Source of the DNA: Candidatus Heimdallarchaeota archaeon B3_Heim
GTDB lineage: Archaea > Asgardarchaeota > Heimdallarchaeia > Hodarchaeales > Hodarchaeaceae
Assembly (NCBI GenBank): GCA_003144275.1
Contig: NJBF01000038.1
Coordinates: 1-32,000, forward strand
Reading direction: 5' to 3'
DNA: 32,000 nucleotides
The position numbers were made by a program, and so were the translations under genes. Shown here piece by piece: positions 17,686 to 26,901 of this stretch. Position 1 is the first letter of the stretch. The number at the start of each line of letters is the position of its first letter. Under the pieces are notes generated by a model. That model had not been told where the DNA came from and searched no databases. It saw only the letters and a list, made by a program, of their open reading frames with translations.

Positions 17686-18438
17686 TTACTCTTCGGAAGG
17701 TGGATCCTCTTCTTTCGCTGGATCTTCTTCGGTTGGTTCTTCTTTTTTCTGATAATCGAAAACATCTTGGAATTTGACAACTTCAAACTCTAGAAACTCA
17801 TGAAGATCCGTTCCCAATGTATATTTTGCTATTGCTAATCCTTCCATGAATATTAAGTAATTTGGTAGAGAAATTACGACAGTTTTTGGTTCTTCTGAAG
17901 TCTCGATGGTGATCTCCTCAAGATTAACACCAGGTAGACGACGAGAGATAATCTCTTTCTGAATATCTTCGACTTCAGCCAGCTGTTCGATTATTGTCAC
18001 ATCAAAAACTAAGTCTTTACCTGCAAGCGGATGATTATAATCAATTCTTGTCCGTCCTCCACCTGCCCAGATGATAGTACCATTTCTACCTGCTAGTTGA
18101 ACACGATTTCCTACTCGTGGATCAAGATTCGCTTTTCTTAGTTTTTTGGTAGGTACCATTTCAATTTTACTTGCGTCTCTGTCACCATAAGCATCTTTTA
18201 CAGGGATTTCAATTTTAAGAGGTTTATCAAGCTCCATTCCTACTAATTGCCGTGCTAATCCAGGGATTAGAAATTTTTCATCCCCTGCTCGACACAGAAG
18301 TGGGTTGTAACCTCTTTTTTCATCAAAGACTTGTTCTTTGCGTGCGACTTCCTCAAGAGTTGTATCAAAAATTTTCGAATTTTCCTTCAAACGGCCAGTA
18401 TAATTAATTTTAATCCAATCATTCTCTAATATAGGCAT
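17686..18438 (-). CDS. slyD: FKBP-type peptidyl-prolyl isomerase (SlyD-like, long archaeal form)
   Basis: DWIKINYTGRL, LIPGL, AYGDRD and IDYNHPLAGKDLVF motifs; acidic tail. Confidence 0.9.
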   Translation of the reverse strand: MPILENDWIKINYTGRLKENSKIFDTTLEEVARKEQVFDEKRGYNPLLCRAGDEKFLIPGLARQLVGMELDKPLKIEIPVKDAYGDRDASKIEMVPTKKLRKANLDPRVGNRVQLAGRNGTIIWAGGGRTRIDYNHPLAGKDLVFDVTIIEQLAEVEDIQKEIISRRLPGVNLEEITIETSEEPKTVVISLPNYLIFMEGLAIAKYTLGTDLHEFLEFEVVKFQDVFDYQKKEEPTEEDPAKEEDPPSEE

Positions 18439-18458
18439 GAATTTCCCTCTGGGGATTT

Positions 18459-18926
18459 TTACGAGTTTGAGTTCTCTATTCTATCAGCAGTAATAAGTTT
18501 TAGTTGATAACCATGAGGACACTCCATCGTATCCTTTGTAATTTCAAGAATCCGTAACTTTTCTCCTTCGGGTAAAAAAGAGGGACGGCAATGATAATAA
18601 TAATTGGGACACTCTATAATGTCGCATTCTCTTGGAGTGAAAGTTATCGTAGCTCCTTCTATTGCTAGTTTAGCCCCGGTACTCACTTGATACGAGGGAT
18701 CAAAAATTTCAACAGTTTTTACTCCCTCATCAAACACATTACAGACATGAATAGTCTCTTTAACATTCTGGACCTCATATACCCTACCTTTCTCGAGTTT
18801 CAAACATGCTCCACGGAGACGACAATCTGAGCATCCTTCGGTTTCACCAACAAAAATAAATTTATTTCCTGGTTTAGATTGTTTAACACCAAGTAACGTA
18901 ATTTTTAATGGTTTATCTGAAGTCAT
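18459..18926 (-). CDS. UPF0179 family protein
   Basis: ITLLG, CSDCRLRGAC, GRVYEV, HVCNVFDEGV and CDIIECPNYYYHCRP patterns. Likely start ATG 18926. Confidence 0.8.
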   Translation of the reverse strand: MTSDKPLKITLLGVKQSKPGNKFIFVGETEGCSDCRLRGACLKLEKGRVYEVQNVKETIHVCNVFDEGVKTVEIFDPSYQVSTGAKLAIEGATITFTPRECDIIECPNYYYHCRPSFLPEGEKLRILEITKDTMECPHGYQLKLITADRIENSNS

Positions 18927-19052
18927 ATGGCGAACACTCAAGAAATGGTCAATATTCAGGGAATTTAAGGCTAAATAGGTATTATTATCAGTTAAACATA
19001 TTTGTTTCTAAACGGATTTTGTTTCATTAAGCAGAATTGTATAGCTTATGAG

Positions 19053-19601
19053 TTAGAAATACTCTTTTTCAACTTGAGCTACTTCATCAGAGTTTGTGCA
19101 AGATAGGTAATCTGTAAGAAGATTTTGATTTAGCAATAAGAATTGATTTCCCCATTTAAAATACGATAGAATCTTTTCTGCTAATTCAGGTGAAGCTAGT
19201 ATGTATAATGAAGCTGCTAGTGCCTCTACACTGCTTAATTTGGCCTGTTTCCCATAATTAACGGGATTCGCAGCAATTAAACGTGGCAGTGATCGTGAGT
19301 TTGGAAAAGTCCGTGAAAAAATATCCTCTGCCTGATTCCATGAGCAGTCAAGTACAGTTATTCCGAATCGGTGATATAGTGACTGATCAGAAATGGTCAA
19401 CTTTGTCTTTGAAAGGGGATTGAGAATAATAGAGAATCTTGGGATTTGTGCAATTCGTGATACTAAGCGCAAACTTTCGATAAATGGAAGTTTGTTTTGT
19501 TTGTAGAGTTGCCAGGTTTTGATTCCAGTACATTTCCGTCGATCACATTGATTTGCATAATAGAGTGTAATCAAATTCCTAGAAGCAATATCACTTCTCA
19601 T
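19053..19601 (-). CDS. tsr3: 16S rRNA aminocarboxypropyltransferase Tsr3
   Basis: QCDRRKCTG, LDCSWN, RSLPRLIAANPVNYG and KLSSVEALAASL motifs. Likely start ATG 19601, overlapping the ABCE1 stop. Confidence 0.93.
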   Translation of the reverse strand: MRSDIASRNLITLYYANQCDRRKCTGIKTWQLYKQNKLPFIESLRLVSRIAQIPRFSIILNPLSKTKLTISDQSLYHRFGITVLDCSWNQAEDIFSRTFPNSRSLPRLIAANPVNYGKQAKLSSVEALAASLYILASPELAEKILSYFKWGNQFLLLNQNLLTDYLSCTNSDEVAQVEKEYF

Positions 19602-21429
19602 AATAATACTCGCCCTGGCTCTTCTGTTCTCGGTCGAGTTTTGAATCAAATTTATTAACTCGGGGACGACCTGTTTTCGGATCTCTTCTAAAAGTAATTT
19701 TTAAATTCCCCAAAAATCGATTCATCCCTTTTCTTACAGCAGAAGGAGCATATGCTCGTCCATACTCACCGGGTGAACCAAGAAAGACAATAATTCGATC
19801 AGAAACGTAATCTTGGGTCACAATATCATGTTCAACTATGAATGCTGAGGCATGATGAGATTGAATCATCCTTCTAATCAATTTTGCAGCATTTAGCCTA
19901 TCTTCAATAGAGAGAAATGCTGAAGGTTCATCAAAAAGGTACAAATCTGCAGATTGAGCTAAAGTTTCCACTATTGCCACTTTCTGTTTTTCTCCCCCAC
20001 TTAAATAACGAACTGGTTGATCAAGAAGGTCTTCAAGTCCGAAAGCTCTAATATTTTCACTTTTAAACTGTGGAGTAGCAACAATTGAACCCCCCTTCTT
20101 AAGCAAATATGTTTCTACTGATAGATCCGAGTCTAAAGAAATATATTGGGGTTTATAGGCAACTCGTAAAACAGAATCCTCTACATCTTCACTACTATCT
20201 ACTGGTACACTCCCCACCAATTTTTGTTTTTCCACAATACCTGTAGAGGGTTTTTCTAGTCCTGCCAACATTTTAATAAATGTCGTCTTCCCAATTCCAT
20301 TAGGTCCGAGAATTCCTATTATCTCATTTTGATGAATTGTGCCTCCTCTGACATCAAGGGAGAATTCACTTTCGTTAAACTTTTTTGAGAGATCTTCATA
20401 GGATAAAAGGGGAGCAGCATCAAGTTGGGCGGTACGATCTGAAGATTTTTTGATTTTTATTGAATAATTACGAAACCGCATATTTTCTGAAGGAATAAAT
20501 CCATCCAAGAAAACGTTAATACCTTCTTTTTCAGAATATGGTAGTGAGCAAATACCATACGATGCGGGGATCCCATAAAACATAGTGATATAATCAGAAA
20601 GGTAATCTAATACAGCAAGATCGTGTTCCACAACAATTACAGTCTTATTATCATCAATCAAATTTCGAATGACTCTTCCCGTACGTAATCGTTCATTTAT
20701 GTCAAGGAATGACGAGGGTTCATCAAAAAGATAGATATCTGCTTCTCGAGTTATTGCCACTGCAATAGCAACCTTCTGCAATTCCCCCCCAGATAAAATC
20801 GCAATTTCTCGATCCCAAATTTTTTCCAGTGCTAAATCCTCCTTAAGCTCATTTAGCACTTGTCTTTCATCAAATTGAGTTAAAACTTCTTTTACAGACC
20901 CCTTCACTTGTTTGGGAATGTTTTCAATGGTTTGAGGTTTTCTGATGCATTTTATTTCTTTGTCCATCATACGTTGGAAGAAATTTTGAAGTTCTGTGCC
21001 CTTGTAAAACTCTTTTACGGTCTCCCAATTAGGGTCTTTGTCTTGTTGCCCAAAATTGGGAATTATATCCCCTGAGAGAATTTTTAATGCCGTTGATTTT
21101 CCTATACCATTCTGACCGACAAATCCATTCACTTTATTAGGTTTAATTATGGGTAGACGGAAAAGTGTAAATCCATTTCTGCCAAATCGTTGTGTTAGAT
21201 CCTTATCAAGTTTTTCCGGAGTATTGATTATCGTAAGCGCATGAAATCGGCACGTGCGTGCACAGATACCACAACCTGTACAGAATTGTTCATGGATGAT
21301 CGGTTGTGAAATATCTGTTGGGAATTCAAACATTTCAGTTCCAGAACGAACAACAGGGCACGAACCCCGACATTCTTTAACGCAACGCTTTGGTTTGCAT
21401 TTATCGGTATTAAGAACTACAATTCGCAT
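19591..21429 (-). CDS. rli: Ribosome recycling/biogenesis ATPase ABCE1 (RLI)
   Basis: N-terminal Fe-S Cys motifs (CKPKRCVKECRGSCP, CTGCGICARTC), two ABC domains (GQNGIGKST, LSGGELQ; GPNGIGKTT, LSGGEKQ) and the TFRRDP..GRPRVNK tail. Likely start ATG 21429. Confidence 0.97.
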   Translation of the reverse strand: MRIVVLNTDKCKPKRCVKECRGSCPVVRSGTEMFEFPTDISQPIIHEQFCTGCGICARTCRFHALTIINTPEKLDKDLTQRFGRNGFTLFRLPIIKPNKVNGFVGQNGIGKSTALKILSGDIIPNFGQQDKDPNWETVKEFYKGTELQNFFQRMMDKEIKCIRKPQTIENIPKQVKGSVKEVLTQFDERQVLNELKEDLALEKIWDREIAILSGGELQKVAIAVAITREADIYLFDEPSSFLDINERLRTGRVIRNLIDDNKTVIVVEHDLAVLDYLSDYITMFYGIPASYGICSLPYSEKEGINVFLDGFIPSENMRFRNYSIKIKKSSDRTAQLDAAPLLSYEDLSKKFNESEFSLDVRGGTIHQNEIIGILGPNGIGKTTFIKMLAGLEKPSTGIVEKQKLVGSVPVDSSEDVEDSVLRVAYKPQYISLDSDLSVETYLLKKGGSIVATPQFKSENIRAFGLEDLLDQPVRYLSGGEKQKVAIVETLAQSADLYLFDEPSAFLSIEDRLNAAKLIRRMIQSHHASAFIVEHDIVTQDYVSDRIIVFLGSPGEYGRAYAPSAVRKGMNRFLGNLKITFRRDPKTGRPRVNKFDSKLDREQKSQGEYYYEK

Positions 21430-21514
21430 AGTTGGTGAAAGCTCCCTGAAGCTAACGAGCAATTCGTCTTTCTACTTCTATATTAAAGTACTTTAGGTAA
21501 AACGTGAGAAGAAA

Positions 21515-21890
21515 GTGAGCATCGCTCCAATGAGTAATCCAGCTTCTGTTCACCTAAATAAGTCACCTAATTTAGGTTCCTGACATCAACCTAAGCGCAA
21601 CTCTCCTAGATCTTGTGAAAGATCAAATGCTCTGCTTGCATTCACCGAGGGTGTTCGTCTCATCGATTCCTTATTCGTCCTCAAGAGCTTAAATAATCGT
21701 GTGTTACCACAGACTTCACTCTATCATCGCCATCTGAATAAGGGCGTGTCGTTTCTGTAACAGAGCCCAACCTCTCGATTGACAAAGATTTTTCCAGGAA
21801 GGAAAAGCCTCTGTTCGGCATGAAAGAATGGCTGGAATTTCCTCAGATTCTCTATGAAATCCGAAGTCAGGCTGTTGCTTCGATGCCCAC
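21515..21890 (-). ncRNA. rnpB: RNase P RNA, archaeal type A (~376 nt)
   Basis: Minus strand: P1 GUGGGCAUCG/CGAUGCUCAC, P2 CCUGAC/GUCAGG, P4 5' GAGGAAAUUCCAGC and 3' AACAGAAGCUGGAUUA, plus ACAGAAACG, GAUGAGACG and UGCAAG conserved regions and a k-turn-like CGAUGA/UGAG in P12. Confidence 0.93.
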
Positions 21891-21912
21891 AAAAGTAAAT
21901 AGAGCAATATAA

Positions 21913-21927
21913 CATTTAAACTTTTTT
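21913..21927 (-). promoter_or_regulatory. BRE/TATA promoter of rnpB
   Basis: Minus strand AAAAAAG-TTTAAATG, with the TATA element about 23-30 nt upstream of the P1 5' end. Confidence 0.6.
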
Positions 21928-21930
21928 GCT

Positions 21931-22476
21931 TTAGAAGGCAGTTTTCTCGGAGCGAAGATAAATACCAATATCAATTATGTTCTTCAGTTGAATATAGTCT
22001 TGTTTGTGTAAAATTTTGGCGTATCCAATAGGAATTCCTTTTTTATTAAACACTAGTACCATTGAACCGTCCGAATATTTCTCTAGACCCTTTTTTGTAT
22101 CATCTAATTTTAAATTTATATCTTTACTATAAATAAAGCGTTCTGCCTGTCTAGGAGAGAGGAAAATTGGATTCTGACAATAATTGGCCAAGAAGCGCAG
22201 CGACTCGATTCCAATCTTAAATTTCCCCCTGATGAAGAATCCCAGCTTTATCTTCCCAGTCAAAATTTTGCAGTTCTTACCTCTGTCACTTGTTATAGAA
22301 CTACTCAGGTAGAGGCTATCTGAATTTTTTATTAAATAGATCTCATCTCTTCTATTTATGATCTTTATAAGAGAATGAGTATCGAGGATTTGGCTTAAAT
22401 CATCCGATTTCAAAATTTCATTGATTACTGTGGACACAGCGACAATTTCCTCATCAGTAAGTTTTGTTATCTGCAT
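21931..22476 (-). CDS. NIP7-like / PUA-domain ribosome biogenesis protein
   Basis: GKIKLG...FKIGIESL, LSPRQAERFIYSKDI and C-terminal VLVFNKKGIPIGYA...NIIDIGIYLRSE; coupled to the upstream m5C methyltransferase. Confidence 0.75.
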   Translation of the reverse strand: MQITKLTDEEIVAVSTVINEILKSDDLSQILDTHSLIKIINRRDEIYLIKNSDSLYLSSSITSDRGKNCKILTGKIKLGFFIRGKFKIGIESLRFLANYCQNPIFLSPRQAERFIYSKDINLKLDDTKKGLEKYSDGSMVLVFNKKGIPIGYAKILHKQDYIQLKNIIDIGIYLRSEKTAF

Positions 22477-23408
22477 TATTCACGCACCTTCTTCATCAGA
22501 GCAATGAAAAATCCATCCATTCCCTGATCGGGGAATATTCTTCTAGTATTACTGATTTGGGAATCATAAACCTTAGTCCAGCGCGTTAAATTTCCTGGAT
22601 TGCCAATATTAATATTAATGGGAAGGACTTGGACTTGTTTTTCATGTCTAGCAAGAAAATTGTTAATTTGAACTTCCCCTTCTTCAGGTTCAAGGCTACA
22701 TGTTGAATAAACAATTGTTCCATCGATTTTCAGTTGTTTCCATGCTTCATCTAATATTTCTCGTTGAATTAAAGATTGTCGAGTGACATCATTAAGTATC
22801 CTGCGTTCTAAACGCTTATTTTTCTTCAATTTAAGTCCTGTTCCTGTACATGGTGCATCTAACATTATATGATCGACTTTAACGTTTAATCCAGGAAATG
22901 ATCTCGCATCACAGTTCAAAATGAATGTGTTATAGATGCCCATCCTGGCAATATTGGACTTGAGGGCTGGAATACGTTTCTTTGCTTTCTCAATCGCGAA
23001 AAGTGTACCAGTGTTCTCCATTACCTCCGCTAGTAAACAGGTTTTTATTCCTGGGGAAGCAGCTAAATCCGCTACTACTGACTCAGAAGAAGGATTCAAA
23101 CATTTTGGGGGTATTAATGATGTTAATGCTTGGATTGTAAACAAACCAGACAGATATTCAGAAGTTGCTACAATGTTAAACGGTTCAAACTCGAGTATAA
23201 GACAGTTAAATGGGGTTTCGGGTGCAAATCTAAATCCTTGACTTTCTAAACTTTCTTGCAGTTGCCTTCTTGTAGTATATAGTGCGTTTGGAGAAATGAT
23301 ACGAGGATCTGATTGCTCTAATTCTCTAAGAATCCTTTCTGTCACATTTTTTCCGTAGAAATTTATCCATCGGTTTTTAAACTCCCTTGATATTATTTGT
23401 TCTGCCAT
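22476..23408 (-). CDS. NOL1/NOP2/Sun (RsmB/RsmF) family RNA m5C methyltransferase
   Basis: ADLAASPGIKT, MLDAPCTG and IVYSTCSLEPEEGE (both catalytic Cys present), plus DGFFIA. Confidence 0.92.
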   Translation of the reverse strand: MAEQIISREFKNRWINFYGKNVTERILRELEQSDPRIISPNALYTTRRQLQESLESQGFRFAPETPFNCLILEFEPFNIVATSEYLSGLFTIQALTSLIPPKCLNPSSESVVADLAASPGIKTCLLAEVMENTGTLFAIEKAKKRIPALKSNIARMGIYNTFILNCDARSFPGLNVKVDHIMLDAPCTGTGLKLKKNKRLERRILNDVTRQSLIQREILDEAWKQLKIDGTIVYSTCSLEPEEGEVQINNFLARHEKQVQVLPININIGNPGNLTRWTKVYDSQISNTRRIFPDQGMDGFFIALMKKVRE

Positions 23409-23432
23409 TCAAGCCCTTTCCTGATTTTTTGT

Positions 23433-23990
23433 TCATTTGTTCAGTAGGAGTTCTAAATAGGATTTTCTTTCGTTTTTTCCATTCCATTTTGGGAATAAAC
23501 CTCGAGTGAATTCAAGCAGTCTTTTTTTATCGTTATGTAAGGTCGAATGGGAATTGGAGGTTAAGATTTCTACTTCTATGAATTTTCCAAGTCCTTCAAC
23601 ATCATCTAAAGAAAGTGTGATTGGTTGTTTCCACCAGTTCGTACGTCTTTTTGAGACTTCCATTACAATGGAAAATCCTAATTGTTCAAGAATTTTAATG
23701 GTCTCGAAATGGCTATCTATTCCAGAGGTGATCTCTTCTCGCACTTTCATTTCTGTACCCATTTTTGGGCCTTTATAAGTTAGCTCTATTCTTTCATTCT
23801 CTCCCTGTGAGAGAATTCGTCTTATACGGAGTGCTTCATCGGTGATATAAAAGTTATTGATGGGACTTTGAAAGTAGGTATCGAATTGTTCAATTTCCTC
23901 TTTTGAGGGGCCTATAGTCTGAGTTATATAAGATTTTGGGTCTCCATCTACGAAAATATCAGCAATTTGGATTTTTAGTTCTGCTTCCAC
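23433..23990 (-). CDS. cyaB: CYTH-domain protein (class IV adenylate cyclase/triphosphatase family)
   Basis: N-terminal EAELK (ExExK), QFDTYF, ALRIRR, LTYKGPK, LDDVEGLGKFIEVE and KSYLELL motifs. Confidence 0.85.
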   Translation of the reverse strand: MEAELKIQIADIFVDGDPKSYITQTIGPSKEEIEQFDTYFQSPINNFYITDEALRIRRILSQGENERIELTYKGPKMGTEMKVREEITSGIDSHFETIKILEQLGFSIVMEVSKRRTNWWKQPITLSLDDVEGLGKFIEVEILTSNSHSTLHNDKKRLLEFTRGLFPKWNGKNERKSYLELLLNK

Positions 23991-24121
23991 ACAATCACAT
24001 CTATGGAGGAGAATAAATTACCCGTATTAATGTATTAATACGTTCGGGTTAGCAGATTTTTTATAGTAGTGCACCCATACTGAATTGGTACACCCCCTCT
24101 ACTCAAAATAGGAATTAGATT

Positions 24122-24835
24122 ATGTCACCCGTCCTTCGTCGACCAAAAAAGAAACAAGCTAGAATTCCAATCACTGATTTACCATCCCCTCCCTCTCTAG
24201 AAGATGAACTATTTGCTGAATCACTACAATATCCTATTCTTTCTCCTCCACCGACATTACCTGAGGAAATATTAACTCGCCCTCCTTTTCTTGAAGAACA
24301 AGTCCACTCTCCTATCGAAACCATTTCGTCAATGTATATTGAGGATGATCTCACCTCAGATATTCTCAGAGAATTAGCGGAGAGTGGTTTCGGGTCATTT
24401 TTATCTAGTGTCCCAGCAAAAAAACCCGTTGTACTACATATTGAAGAATTAGCTATAAAGCAGTTCAGAGCTGCGATAGATGCTTATCTTACTGCTGGTA
24501 AAAAACATTTAGAGCTTAATTTTAATGAAAATGCGAGCAGTCTTTATTCTTGTGCAGTGTTATGTGTATTTCTGAGTGAAGATGCTTTTCAGGCAGCTCA
24601 TTTAATGAAAGAACTTGTGACAAAACTTCCTTCCGAACTAGTAAAAAGTCATATATTTCAAGGCGTAAAATTATTATTGAAAGTGACTCTGCTCAGGGAT
24701 ATTTCCTACTTGAAACGAGCTGAGAAATGGCTGTTTTATGATACAAATCATATGTACAAAGAAGATCAAGAACTCATCCATAGAGCTATTCATGAGTCAA
24801 AATTGGTAATAGAAACTCAAATATTTGACGCTTAA
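24122..24835 (+). CDS. Hypothetical protein: Pro-rich N-terminus plus helical-repeat (TPR/SNAP-like) C-terminus
   Basis: PSPPSLE...SPPPTLPE...RPPF, followed by amphipathic helices (AIDAYLTAGKKHLEL...ASSLYSCAVLC...AAHLMKE). The fold call is pattern-based only. Confidence 0.5.
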   Translation: MSPVLRRPKKKQARIPITDLPSPPSLEDELFAESLQYPILSPPPTLPEEILTRPPFLEEQVHSPIETISSMYIEDDLTSDILRELAESGFGSFLSSVPAKKPVVLHIEELAIKQFRAAIDAYLTAGKKHLELNFNENASSLYSCAVLCVFLSEDAFQAAHLMKELVTKLPSELVKSHIFQGVKLLLKVTLLRDISYLKRAEKWLFYDTNHMYKEDQELIHRAIHESKLVIETQIFDA

Positions 24836-25411
24836 TCAAGTAGCTAGAATGGAGGATTCTCTTCCAAAAAGTGATTTTATTTGATATAATTCCATGGGGG
24901 AATGTTTTCCTTCCTGAATTGCATCAGCTAACCAGTATATTCCTTTATGGATACCTTCACCAGTTACAGCACTAGTTTTGAAAATAGACAGTACTCTACT
25001 CATCTTCTTATTTATACCCATGAAATTTGCTAAATCCTCCTCTGTGCAATCCACCAAGTCTATTTTATTTGCGAAAATTGCCAATGGAATATTTTTCAAG
25101 TGAGTCATTTTCAACATTCTCCAGAGATAATTTCGACTCTCTGGAAATCGGGCTGGATCACTTAAATCGATTACATATATGAGCCCCTTTGAGTTTTTGG
25201 TGTACATTTCCCATAAAGCCCGTCTAAACTGCAATTGGCCTCCTAAATCCCATGCAGAAAAAGTAACATCGCCTATCTGTATCGTTTCAGCGTTCATTCC
25301 AATAGTTGGGGTAGTATCAGGAATCCATCTTCCCGTTTTTAATCTCTGGAGCATTGTTGTTTTTCCAGCCCGATCTAGGCCTAATACACTAATCTTCGCA
25401 TTTTTCTTCAT
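24836..25411 (-). CDS. Arf/Sar1-like small GTPase
   Basis: G1 GLDRAGKTT, switch I PTIG, G3 WDLGGQ, G4 NKID and G5 SAVTG. Likely start ATG 25411; no N-terminal Gly/amphipathic helix. Confidence 0.93.
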   Translation of the reverse strand: MKKNAKISVLGLDRAGKTTMLQRLKTGRWIPDTTPTIGMNAETIQIGDVTFSAWDLGGQLQFRRALWEMYTKNSKGLIYVIDLSDPARFPESRNYLWRMLKMTHLKNIPLAIFANKIDLVDCTEEDLANFMGINKKMSRVLSIFKTSAVTGEGIHKGIYWLADAIQEGKHSPMELYQIKSLFGRESSILAT

Positions 25412-25602
25412 CAAGTAAAACACATCTCCTTATATTTTGCGATTCTGTGTGTCTATCATATAAAGAATCTAGTATGTCCTCTTATATAATTAACGATTCT
25501 AACTATTGGTAAATAATTTAATGAACTGAGTAATCATTTAGAAGGATACTTATGGGGAAGATTTGAACAATTTAAATATTAATGAATTGATGATTATTAC
25601 AA

Positions 25603-26799
25603 TTGGGACCTGCAAAGATGAAAAAAACGGGAATAGTTTGGTCTGACCAATTCACTAAATACAATTTAGGTGAGGGGCATCCAATGAATGCGAGACGGTT
25701 GGATATTCCTTATCAATTATATAGAAATCTCGATTTTCATGATAGTCAATCTTTTGTTGAGTTTTCCCCTTCTGAAGCTTCAGAAGACGATCTCCTACGA
25801 TACCATTCAAAAAACTATATTAAAATGGTCAAATCTCTCTCTAAGGCGGGTGATGGATATTATGGTAGATATGGTCTAGGAACAGGAGACTGCCCTGTGT
25901 TTCCTGAAATGCATGAATCGTCTAGCCTTATTGTAGGTGGAACATTAGAGGGAATCAAGCGTATCATGAATAATGATGTTGACCAAGCATTCTCATTAAT
26001 GGCTGGTTTACATCATGCCTTTGAAGAACGAGCTGCAGGATTCTGTTATTATAATGATGCTATTATCGCAATCAATTACCTTCAAGAGGAACACGGGATT
26101 GAGCGAGTTCTTTATATCGATACAGATGTCCATCATGGAGATGGAGTATTAAATGCCTTCTACTCAAATAGAAATATGCTAGGAATTTCTATTCATGAAT
26201 CACCCCAATTTTTATTTCCAGGCACGGGGTTATCCGATGAAATTGGAAAGGGAGAAGGTTTAGGGTATACGATTAACGTACCACTATTCCCAGGAACTTG
26301 GGATGAACTCTATATTGATCTCTTCGAAAAAATTGTTCCCTGTATTTGGAGGAAATATGATCCTGAGTTTATTATTTGGCAATGTGGTGCTGATGGCCAT
26401 TTTGGTGATATACTAGGCCATTTAAATTTAACCACCAATTTATATAACTTTCTGGGAAAAAGAATTGCAGAATTAAGTGATAATTTCTCTGCGAATGGAC
26501 GATTACTGTTACTAGGAGGAGGTGGGTATAATCCTGACTCTGTTGCTCGTGTGTGGATGGCAACATTAGCTGGAATTAGTGGAATCTCTCTCCCTGAAGT
26601 ATCTCCCCAAGGATGGATTGATTATTGCAAAAAAACCTATCAAATTGATGTGAGTTCAAAATTAAATGATACTAGACTAGACCCGCTAAAGATCGAACGT
26701 CATTCCTTGATTGAAGAAGCAAATTCTCAATACCTCCAAGTATTAAAGGAAGAATTGCTGGAAGTCGGGGTATGGAATCCCTGTGCTGAAAAAATTTGA
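25603..26799 (+). CDS. Zn-dependent histone deacetylase/AcuC-family deacetylase
   Basis: GHPMNARR, GDCP, GLHHA, GFCYYND, DTDVHHGDG, GADGH..D and GGGGY motifs, all intact. ATG 25618 is the likely start. Confidence 0.93.
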   Translation: MGPAKMKKTGIVWSDQFTKYNLGEGHPMNARRLDIPYQLYRNLDFHDSQSFVEFSPSEASEDDLLRYHSKNYIKMVKSLSKAGDGYYGRYGLGTGDCPVFPEMHESSSLIVGGTLEGIKRIMNNDVDQAFSLMAGLHHAFEERAAGFCYYNDAIIAINYLQEEHGIERVLYIDTDVHHGDGVLNAFYSNRNMLGISIHESPQFLFPGTGLSDEIGKGEGLGYTINVPLFPGTWDELYIDLFEKIVPCIWRKYDPEFIIWQCGADGHFGDILGHLNLTTNLYNFLGKRIAELSDNFSANGRLLLLGGGGYNPDSVARVWMATLAGISGISLPEVSPQGWIDYCKKTYQIDVSSKLNDTRLDPLKIERHSLIEEANSQYLQVLKEELLEVGVWNPCAEKI

Positions 26800-26901
26800 T
26801 TACTTAGGATTCTAAAACAATAAAAAACTCTTAAAATAGAAAACAGCTTTGAGTAAACCCAATTATGATTCGATTTTGATTAAGCAAAGGAAATTAGTTA
26901 T

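Noticed and set aside
20178-20249. ABCE1 linker insertion flanked by an 8-bp inverted repeat (CCTCTACA/TGTAGAGG) as an in-frame intron
   Set aside because: No 4-bp central helix or inner stem can be formed and there is no stop codon; it is most likely a protein loop insertion.
21716-21915. Track ORFs 21716-21907 and 21724-21915 (and 21254-21496)
   Set aside because: They overlap the RNase P RNA gene or lie antisense to ABCE1, with no protein motifs.
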